DNA of 44,667 nt. Source: Neovahlkampfia damariscottae (lineage: Eukaryota). Positions within the stretch are counted from its first letter, which is position 1; the number at the start of each line of letters is the position of its first letter. Under the pieces are notes generated by a model. The model saw only the letters and a program-made list of their open reading frames with translations. It searched no databases and had not been told where the DNA came from. The stretch is taken from assembly GCA_016618085.1 (NCBI GenBank), contig JABLTG010000156.1, positions 1-44,667 on the forward strand. The letters run 5' to 3'. Shown piece by piece: positions 34,645 to 44,667 of this stretch. The translations under genes and the position numbers were made by a program.

Positions 34645-37600
34645 TTAATCTTCATAAGCTGAATCTGATTCATATTCTTCATAAGAATCTTCTTCATCAC
34701 TTTCATAATCATTTCTCTTTTTCTTTCCTTTTCTTTTCTTTTTTGGTGTTGGTTTTGCTTTCTTTCTTTTATTGTCTGGAGTTTCTCTTTTTCTCTTTTT
34801 TGATGACACTAAAGTTGTTGATCCAGATTCTTGATGTGAAGAATATAATTCATCCAAAAGTGACCATATTGATGTAGAATCATTCTTTTTAAGAAGTTCT
34901 TTGATTTTAATAAAAGAAAATACAGGTTTAATAGGTCTGAAGATTGTTTTATCATTCTTCATTTTTGAGATTGCTGATGGATCATATTCTTCTAATTTTG
35001 ATTTTGTGATACAAAATGCATTTTCTAAATATCTTTTCATTTCTAAAATAAAGATTAATTTTGATGAAGATTGTAAGATTAAATCTAAAATATTTGAATT
35101 AGAAAACAATTGAAGAGATGATTACCATTTTCTTTAATTTCTGTTTCTTCTTCCATAATAGATTCAAATTCTGTATAAATTGAATCTCCTTCATAATCAA
35201 TGAATTTGTTGATTTTATGAAGACAATGTAATACTTCAACTTGAGAAGAAAATGGAAGAAATACTAAACATTCAATCAAGTATTGAATCAATTCCAAATC
35301 ATTTTTTTTGTTGGATTCAATTTCTTTTAAAATTCCATCTAACACAATATTCCTTTCTGAAGGAGTGAAATTTTTGAAAACACCAAAATAAAAAGTTGAA
35401 AAGATGCTAACTTGATCAATGATCATAGATTTAGCTCCAATTCTCTTCAAAAATTGAAATGAGAAAATAATTCCTTCAGCTGATTTTTGAAATAAGAAAG
35501 TATGATGTCTTGACTCTAAATATCCACAAAGTTTTTGAGCAACATCTCTAATATATAATTCAGAATCTACTTGGGCTGCTATGACATAAGGAATACACTT
35601 GAAAGATATTAAATAAAAATTTTTCAAACTGTCGGTGGAAAAACTAATCCTCTTCTTAATGATAACTCAACAACTTCAATTGCTTCAAATCTGACATCTG
35701 AACGTGAACTACAAATCAATTCTAAGATTTTGTTGATGTATGCTGGAAGAATGCTGCTTGAAACACCTGTGTCTGTTTGTTTTTCCTTTGCTTGTTCAAA
35801 TTTGACTTCTTCTTCAATTAAGAATTCTTTGAATAATTGAATTGCTTGTTTTTTATTCGAAATTGGTGCTTTTTCATCTAATGATTGATTTATGATCGAT
35901 TTTGAAATATCTTTGACTAATAGCAAAGGAGATCGAATGAATATATTTCCCAAAGCATTCAATGAACGTGCTTTGATCATTTCAGTTCCATTTTTATACC
36001 AAAATAATGATAGTTTGTAAATTGTTTCTGTAACTATTCCTTTATTCAATCCAGATGGTAATTCAAGTTTTGTATTTGTGTCATCATCAAAATTGAAACA
36101 ACGACAAAGCAAACCAATTGTAGAAATTAATCTGGCACATAATTCCATTTCTTTTTGAACTAATGAATTTGATTCAACTTTCACTTTCAAATCTTGTGAT
36201 AATTTTGAATAACAAAAATTGAAAGAACGACAAAGAAATGAGAAAGAACCTGTTTTGATACTAAAAGAACATAAACATTTGATGCAATTCAAAAATGCAT
36301 CATTCGATAATGATGCTTCAAATATTAATGAAATCAAATTTTTGAAGAAATTAATTTCGAATTCTGAACTTGGTTTGTTCATTATTGGAATAATCATATT
36401 GAATATTGCTGCGATATGAAAAATAACATCCACTTTTTGTTCTTCCTTTTCCAAGTAATTTTTGTTAAAATAAATGGAGAGAGATTGGAATTTTGAAACT
36501 AATAATTTTGGATCTGCAAAACAGAATAAATGTAACACACTGAAACATGACGAAAGACTATTTCTTCCGAACATAGTTTCCTTTTCTCCTTCACCATCAA
36601 TTTTAATAATTTGTTCAATAATGGTGTTAACCTTTTTAGTTAAATTCGTTTTTTGTGATTGAATTTTCTGAAATGAGTAAATGATGAAAACAACTTACAA
36701 TGAGTAATTTTGTGAACCAATGATTTCTAATTTCTTTGAAATTAATATGTTTTTGTGAAAGAACATCAATGATTTGAAGACCATCTCCTTCACTTTTTTT
36801 GGAAAACCAAAGATTTTCAAAGACTTTGTAAACCAATTCTTTAATTAATTCCGAATCTTCAGACAATGAAGTAAGTCTTGTTGATAGTGAAACTAGAATA
36901 TCTGTGATTTGTGCATCATCCAAATTTCCATCCAACAATAGATCACCTAAAATATGGATGCTTCTTTTTCGAACACTTAAACCTGTGTCTTTGACACGTT
37001 GAATGACTAATTGAAGATATGATGGAATATATTTTGAGTTTTTCAAAATGATTTCTCCAACAAGTTCAATCACATTTTCTCGAACTTTTATTGATTCATC
37101 CAAAGCTCTTTCTTGAATTGCTAGTTGAATTCCAGTCTTAAATCATTAAATTGATTTTAATGAATAACTTACAGTTTCTAAAATGGAATGATCTTCTTCA
37201 ATGATTGTTTGAAGTGATTTAATAGCTCTTGAACGAACTACTACTTTATTATCTTTCAAAACATTCAAGATATGTTTTAAAATTGTTTCAAATTGATTAA
37301 TTAAACTCTTGGTTCTGTAATAAGTCAAATATTTGAATTTTCCTTCAATTTCAGAACGATACTCTTTTGATATTTTTGTGTCGAATTCTTCTGGTTGTTT
37401 GTTCCATAATTCAAGATAAAGTGATACTTTCTTTGGATTTTCTAAATCTTCTGACAACCATTGAGATAGACAAAATTGTCTCGAATAAAATGCTTTCACT
37501 GAAGTTTTGACTTTTGCAGAAAGATACATAAACACTGATATCTTTGCAACATCTAAATTCTCTAATTTATGGGATTTACTCAATTCCTTTGAAAGTTAGT

Positions 37601-39643
37601 CAGAAAAAATTCTTACTCTTTGCAGGTCTTGGAAATTTGGATTTTCAAATTTTTGTTGTTCTTCAGATTCATCAGATGAATCATTCAAATCATCAAATAA
37701 AGAATCAAAATTTGGTTTTGGTGGATCTTTTCTTGATAGTCCACCAATTTTTCCAAGTACATCTAATGTTAATGCTCTATATTTGTCAGGTTGGGTTTTA
37801 TCTGTTGATCAACAATCAATATATAATAAAACTTACCATTTAAAAAAGTGGTGCACATTGTATTTGCCAGTGTATTCAATACAAGATCAGCAGCAGGATA
37901 ATTTGGTAAATTTAACATTTCAAGCAAATCATCAACAAAATTAACAAGAATTTGTTTGTTGTCTCCATCTGGGCCAACTGTAATACATCTTTTCAAAAAT
38001 AAATCTGAAAAAATTTTTGAACAGTTGAAACTTTGTTCAAAAAATGATAAAACTTCTTCTTGTGAATTGGTCTTTGCTTTTATTTCAAATTCACCAATTT
38101 CTTCATCAATTACATTTTCAGATGTATTTTGTACTGGTAATTCAACACAACTCTGAATTAATTGAACCATTAATGAAGTAAAAATATGAACAGATTTTCC
38201 ATTTTCTAATTTAAAACCACGGTGTGCTTTTGTTGAAATTTTCAAAACTGAAGCAATAATTTCACTCAAAAGATAATCCCTTTGTGACTTGTATTTAGAA
38301 AAAATCTACATCCCAAAATATTAGAATAGACAAAAAATCAACATACCAATGAGAGAATATCAATGCAGAAAACTTGAATATTTTCCAAATTTTCAATAAA
38401 AATAGAAGACAATGATAAATCGGCAATGACAACAGTTACTTCTTCCTTCAAAGGTACATTTGATATTAAAGTGTAAAATAATGATAATAATTGATAAGAG
38501 TAATGAATAATTTCTGATAGTTTTGAATCTTGTTTTTTCTTCTCTTGAGATGTCAATTCAACCATTGGAAATAACCATTTTCTGAAAAGTAATTTCGCAA
38601 CTTCAACTGAATTTTCAACAATTTCTGAAATCAATAATTCTTTTGATAAATCTTTTGATGTCAAAATATGAAGAGATAAAATAGTTGCTTGAATGGAATT
38701 CTTAAAATTCTTGTTGAAATTTAAAAATGAAAAATTATCTTACATTATTTAATTCTTCCATTTCATTCATTTCTTCTAATTTTTTTGATTCTTCTGAAAG
38801 TATGTTTAATAATTTTGTTAAATCTTCAATGGTACAGTTATTTACATAATTATTTTTTGTTGCTAATTTGATTTCACAATCTAAATCTTTTAATAGATTT
38901 TCAGGTATTTCTTTTTCTTCTTTTTTGAAATCATACCAAATGAATAATTCAGAAATTGCTGATTGTAATTTCTCTTTAAAAAAAGTCAAAAAAAAAAATT
39001 CAAAACCTAATTCTTCAATGTTTTCATCAATTTTTTTAGTAAATGCTTTCTTTGGTTTGTTTTCATTTTGAGAAGAAGTTAAATTTTGTGATGAAGACAA
39101 ATTTTGGGAACTTGTGAAAGAACTGGAGGTATCTGTTGATTTTTTTGATTTTTTTTTTCTTGAACGGATAGGTGTTTTTTTTTGTGTGCTTATGAGAACG
39201 TCTGTTGGATTTGATAAACTTTCAACTTGTAATTCTTGAACTTTGAAGTTATGTTCTTTAATCATTGTATTCAACAAACCAGAAGTCGGAACTTTTGAAA
39301 ACTCATTACGTTTTAAAGATGCTGTTATAGTATTGAACTGTCTGTTTTGAATTTTTTAAAAATTAAAATAAATTTACAAATAAGAAACATCCGTGGACTC
39401 AATTAAATCCATGACTGTTTGAGCAAGTTTTGAGTCTTTTGATTTTAAAACTTTGTATACTTCAGTTGAAAATTCTTTGTCTTGGACTAGGTTTGCAGTT
39501 TGAACTACAGTTTCGTCTTTTTCGTTGAGTTGATGAAATTCTTTTAAATTTAGTGATATCAATGGAGTATTTTTGACAAAATCTGTTCCAAAGTGAATTA
39601 AACTGGGAAAAAACGTAGATTTTGGAATATTATCTTCACTCAT
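34645..39643 (-). CDS. NIPBL: cohesin loader Scc2/NIPBL, multi-intron
   Basis: LNLPNYPAADLVL, VRSRAIKSL, DESIKVRENVIELVG, DTGLSVRKRSIHIL, LRRGLVFPPT/CIPYVIAAQVD, LVFLPFSSQVEVL. Confidence 0.9.
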
Positions 39644-39809
39644 TTTTCAACTTTTTGCTGTTCAAAGTTTTTTTTTATTGGAGGAAATTGTCAAATGAAA
39701 TTGTTTCCCACTTGTGAAAGAAATATTTTCTGACAAGTTGCTATTTAACGTGGATAATAAACAAAAGTTTATGAGTCCAAAATATTTTATTTACAATTTT
39801 TATATTTTT

Positions 39810-40634
39810 TCAATAGAACAACGCCAAGTACTCTTCAGCAATATCATAGCCTTGATCTGCTGATTTGGTCCACCAATTCTTCGCTTCTTTCTCAAAATTG
39901 AAATTCTTTGGGACATCAACTGGTATTCTATGTTTATAGAACCAGGCAACTTTACTTTGTGCAAATGCAAATCCTTGTTGAGCTGCCTGCATATAGAATT
40001 CGAAAGCTCTTTCTCTGTTCCGATCAAATTTTTTTCCTTCTTCAAAAATACATCCCAGATTATACTGAGCTTTGAAATATCCTTTTCCAGCTGATTTAAA
40101 ATACAAATCCATTGCCTTTTCAACATTTTGATCACATCCAAGTCCTTTTTCTAACATGAATGCATAATTCATTTCTCCAAGTACATTATTTCTTTCAGCC
40201 GAGATTCTAAACCATTTACAAGCATTGATATAATCCTCCAATAAAAAATATGCTTTCCCTAGAGCAAAAATGTCGTCAGAATCATCAGATTCATTGATCA
40301 TAAAAATTTCTGCAGGCAAACTACATGTTCTTCCAAGTACACAACTAGCTTCGAATTTCCAAACTTGTATTAAAAGATCATCTTCGAACATCATTTGTTT
40401 TTCACAAAGTTCCAATACTTTTTCCCAATTGACTGGTCTTTGGAGTTCTATTTGATGGTAAATTTGATCTTTGTCCATCTCAAATTCATAAGAATTCTTT
40501 TCAAGCAAACCAGAGCTTTCTGAGGAGTTTCCACTGCTTGTTGGAGAAGAGTGTCCTCTCAACTTTGATAAAATTCCAAAAAAGTCAAGTGAACGAGCTG
40601 AGTTTCTTTTATCTTCATTCATGTTGCTACCCAT
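39810..40634 (-). CDS. Sel1-like repeat protein
   Basis: ACKWFRISAE, GLGCDQNVEKAMDLYFKSA, AQYNLG, AFEFYMQAAQQG, WWTKSADQG. Confidence 0.9.
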   Translation of the reverse strand: MGSNMNEDKRNSARSLDFFGILSKLRGHSSPTSSGNSSESSGLLEKNSYEFEMDKDQIYHQIELQRPVNWEKVLELCEKQMMFEDDLLIQVWKFEASCVLGRTCSLPAEIFMINESDDSDDIFALGKAYFLLEDYINACKWFRISAERNNVLGEMNYAFMLEKGLGCDQNVEKAMDLYFKSAGKGYFKAQYNLGCIFEEGKKFDRNRERAFEFYMQAAQQGFAFAQSKVAWFYKHRIPVDVPKNFNFEKEAKNWWTKSADQGYDIAEEYLALFY

Positions 40635-40906
40635 TGTTTTTTTGTTTGAAATATGAAAACCAATCGGAAAACGATCAAATTTAAAGTCATTCAAAGTTCC
40701 AGATTAGTCTAAAAAAAATCTTGATGGGGTATTTTGTATTTCCAAATTAGTATAGTACTTTTCTCTTTACAGAAACGGAAGATTTAACCAAATTCTGATC
40801 ACAAAATGTTCTAAAAATTAAGCTTTCTATTGACAAAGAAGGTTATGGTTGATTTTGTTTTTTGAAATATTTTTTCTTCATTTTTTGGATTCTTTAAAAA
40901 CGAAAA

Positions 40907-41236
40907 TTATAATTTTGTTAAATTTTGAAATGTTCCATCTTCATTTGGAGCCATAATTCCACCAGAAACTATTTTACAAATATAATCTTTTCCTGTTGAA
41001 TCAATTCCATCATCATTTTTTGAATTTGATATTTGTTTTGCAATTGAAATAGTTATTTCATCATCTTTTTCTTTTTTCCATGTTCCAATTCTTGTAAAGT
41101 CGCAAAGAAAAAAATCTGAAAATTTGTATAAAATTTTTTGACGAAAAGTGAAGTCAGGATACAGTACCAGTTTATAGTGATATTCGTTTCCTGATTCATT
41201 AAAATAAGTTTCATAATTTGATTCTTCTTCTTTCAT
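40907..41236 (-). CDS. small beta-rich hypothetical protein
   Basis: 109 aa ORF from ATG 41236 (KLVLYPDFTF...GTWK); CCAATC 29 nt upstream on the same strand. Confidence 0.65.
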   Translation of the reverse strand: MKEEESNYETYFNESGNEYHYKLVLYPDFTFRQKILYKFSDFFLCDFTRIGTWKKEKDDEITISIAKQISNSKNDDGIDSTGKDYICKIVSGGIMAPNEDGTFQNLTKL

Positions 41237-41301
41237 TGTGCAAAACAAAAACAAAAAAGAAATTGATTGGTGAAAGAACAATTAGAATCTAAAATTAAAT
41301 T

Positions 41302-42020
41302 TTATTTTCGTCCAAAAATGAAGTCAAACATTCCTAAAAAATCGCAATTCCATCTAAAATGAACCATTTTCGACAAAAAGAAATTGATATTTTTTCTGGT
41401 TTTTTCAAAAGAGAGAAGAAGCAAAAATCCAACAAATAAAAAAGTTGACAGTGCAAATAATATGGGGATCATAATTGATATCAAAGTGATAAAATGTATT
41501 TCATCCATGTTATGTGTCTGAAATCAGATTATATCCACTTTCTGTACGAAATATACACATTCTGATACTTGATTGTCTTTCAATTCCAAAGGGATACGGT
41601 CTTCAGTAATTTCTCTATGAATGACATCATTAACTTTGTATTCAATAAGATACTGATAATACTTTGGTGATTTTCCATGCACAGAAATCACCTTAAGAGA
41701 TTTACAAGGAATATCCTTCCATAAATGATTTGATTCAGTGACTGATATCCAAAATGTGCTCATAATTCCGACTCACAGAAGCAATACCTTTCCAGAAAAT
41801 ATTATTTTTTTTTCAACTTTACCACGAGCACAGTTGCGTAAAAGAAAACCCCAAATGACACAGTGACCCATGTTGGAAAAATGAAAATGTTTTCTTCTGG
41901 TTTTTGTTTTTGTATCAGCTCTTTCTTTTCGACTGATTCTTGTGTTGGAGTGTCGAAATTGTCAAATCCTTGAACATTTGGATAAATATTTACAGTTTCT
42001 TCAGAGTAATGCACAGACAT
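41302..42020 (-). CDS. membrane protein of unknown function, intron-split
   Basis: Three ORF pieces separated by short GT-AG gaps; TM segments flank a small extracellular domain; boundaries approximate. Confidence 0.6.
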
Positions 42021-42125
42021 TTTAATCTGGTTGAAGTTTCAAAAAGTCACCTTTTATTGAGTTTATCTACCAATGATTTTGTTTGGAAACTTCCAACTGA
42101 AATTTTAGAAAGTAAAATTTATTTT

Positions 42126-44138
42126 TTAGTTGGAAACTTCTTCAACCAGCTGTTCTTTTTGATCCATTAATCCTTTGTCCTGTTCTTCAGTTTTATTACT
42201 GTACATCATTTGACGACTTGCCAATTTATGATAAACACCACCTTCAATTTTCAATAATTCTTCATGAGAACCAATCTCTTTAATTTCACCAAATTCAATA
42301 ACTACAATTTTATCAACATCTTGAATTGTTGTTAAACGATGGGCAATGATAATAGTTGTTCTTCCTTCCATCAATTTATTCAATGCATCTTGAACAATAT
42401 GTTCAGCTTCTGAATCAAGAGCTGAAGTTGCTTCATCCAAAAGTAAGATATTTGGATTTTGTAAAACAGCTCTTGCAATAGCAATACGCTGTTTTTGACC
42501 CCCTGATACAGAAACTCCTCTTTCTCCGATCATAGTATCATATTTCTTAGGTAACTCCATAATAAATTCATGTGCATTTGCTTTGATTGCAGCTTGAATG
42601 ATATCATCTTCTGAAACATTCTTCTTATCAACTGAATATAAAATATTATCTCTGATGGACATTGCAAAAAGAACAGGTTCTTGAGTTACGATACCAATTT
42701 GTTTGTGTAAATATTCTGGTGCTAGTTTTGTTAAATTATATCCGTCAATCACAATTTCACCCGAATCAGGTTCATAAAATTTCTCCAACAAAGCAACAGT
42801 TGTACTCTTTCCTGAACCAGATGGTCCTACTAAAGCTACTTGTTGTCCAGGATGAATTTCCAAATTGAAATTTTTCATCACTCTTGTGTCAGGTCTTGTT
42901 GGGTATGCAAAATTTACATTTCGTAAAATTATATGTCCTTTTAAATCTTCTTTTGGATGAGTACCTCCTGCGAATTTGATCATTGGTTTTCTTTTAATCA
43001 CAGCAATAATTTTTTCAGTTGCAGTTCTTGCTTTTCCAATATCTTGAAATACACCTAAAAACATGGAAAATCCCATAACAGACATCAACATCATACCGAA
43101 AACTAAAAAATAAGAAGGCTATTGAATTGAATACCTTTCATCATGTCTCCAACTTGAATGACAGAAATTGAAACGAGATAACCACCATACCAGAAAGCTA
43201 AAGCAACACTGCACCAAATTGATAATTGTACAAGTCCTTGTGAAATACCTTGTGTCACTGATTGTAAGTATCCAATGAAATTCATTTGAGTTAAATTTCT
43301 TGTAAATTTATTTTCTTCTTTTTTTTCTCCAGCCATTGATCTAACAGTTCTAATACTACCAATAACTTCAGTAGCATTTTGAATTGCAATTGCACCTGTG
43401 TCTAACATTTTATTTTGGAAAAATTTTTGTAAAATTCCTGAAATTAAAATAGAACCTCCCATGATCGGAGCAGCTGCTAACATTAATAAAGACATTCTCC
43501 AAGATGATGTAAAGGCCATGATGATTCCAAATATTCCTTGTGTTAAATATTGTCCTGAATTTGGTACTTTTGTTCCATAGATTTCTTGAATCAATAAAAC
43601 ATCTTCCGTCAACTGTGAAAGTAATTTTCCAGTTTTTTTTCTATCAAAATAACCAATTTCTTGAGTCATCAATGATGTGAAATAAGCATCTCTTATTCTA
43701 CCTCCGATTCTTTCATACGCTAAATTTCTAAATGAAATATTGAAAAAATAAAATTTTCTTACGAAAAAAATTGTGAACCAAAAGAAACAATTGCACTTAA
43801 TGCAGCGATAATGGCCATAAAACCAGCATCTAAAATCATTAGTGATAATTCATTTAATTTTACATTTTGATGTGACGTCAACAATATTCACAGTTGGATC
43901 TGCAAATCCAGTGATCAAGTCACCCAAGAATAAATAAAACAAAACGGGCATTCTTAGATGTTAAATAATGTTTAAATTACGATCCGTTTAAGCAAAAAAA
44001 GATAAATCCTAAACCGAAGAAAATCCATTCATATCCGATCACCATGAACAATGTTGGATCGTAGAATGGAATATTTGGTTTATTTGGATCAGGAACTTCT
44101 TGTTCTTTTCCATCTTCTTGTTTGTTTTTCTTTGTCAT
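42126..44138 (-). CDS. ABCB subfamily half transporter (TMD + NBD)
   Basis: QEIGYFD, IRTVRS, Walker A GPSGSGKST, Q-loop, signature VSGGQKQR, LLLDEATSALD, IAHRL; ATG 44138, four short introns. Confidence 0.95.
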
Positions 44139-44667
44139 TTTTATTCAATATTCAATTTATTCCTCCGATTGGTTCCTATTTATAGAGTTTCCGGGAAAAC
44201 TTGACCGGAAAAATAAATTGGAAACTTTTTGGAATCGGATAAATTACAAACTTTGAAGTTTTGTGAATTTTCTTTTCATATATTTGGCCAAGTAATATTA
44301 AACTCATAATTCAAGCTTTCAGGAATTGTAAATTTTTTAACTTTAAAAAAAACTCCAAGAACTTCTCATTTCAAAAACTGAACTTCTTGGTGTTGAGAAT
44401 TCGTGTCAAAAAAAACAAAGTGTTTGGAGTGGAGATTCACAAATTTTTTCGATGTGTGAGAAAATGGTCAATTCTACTGAAACGGAATATTCGATTTTTC
44501 TGTTGAAAAGTGACCATTCGGAATCATTTGTGAACTACACATAGTTTTTTAAAATTCCGAAACTTTATAAATTGAACTGAAAAAACAAAATAAACACTGA
44601 AAAAAAACATCAACAGGTGCATGAGCAATAATGATCAATCTAACGAAAAGTATATCACCAGTAAAAA

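Noticed and set aside
39060..39115. SSQNL repeats in NIPBL
   Set aside because: Ordinary low-complexity linker; possible SQ phosphosites but unremarkable.
5206..44138. Many split ORFs suggesting pseudogenes or a non-standard genetic code
   Set aside because: The breaks I checked are resolved by short GT-AG introns that restore conserved motifs, and conserved proteins read correctly in the standard code.
44188..44212. Small inverted repeat TTTCCGG...CCGGAAA upstream of the ABCB gene
   Set aside because: Too short to call; no partner repeat, target-site duplication or transposase.

Overview
Very AT-rich, gene-dense eukaryotic nuclear DNA with standard-code genes split by tiny (about 30-45 nt) GT-AG introns. 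It is probably a protist; a heterolobosean-like amoeba is my inference only. Recognisable genes: endonuclease I, GH13 alpha-amylase, RGS-domain protein, HROB-like OB-fold protein, a head-to-head serine O-acetyltransferase / cysteine synthase B pair, three tandem aldo-keto reductases, AAAP amino-acid transporter, eIF3e, choline transporter-like protein, LKB1/STK11, class I HDAC, PhyH-like dioxygenase, TMEM245/AI-2E-like protein, Scc2/NIPBL, Sel1-repeat protein and an ABCB half transporter. The first 5.2 kb is different: two virus-style small ORFs and several frameshifted genes. One of these encodes a caspase-like plus ComEC-type metallo-beta-lactamase fusion that resembles the N-terminal region of animal MAP1/Futsch but keeps catalytic residues. 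Other highlights are an apparently circularly permuted PhyH dioxygenase, a bacterial-type cysteine-synthesis pair whose SAT ends in SKL, and a very cationic secreted protein of about 840 aa. All family calls are by eye from motifs and recalled sequences; no searches were run.
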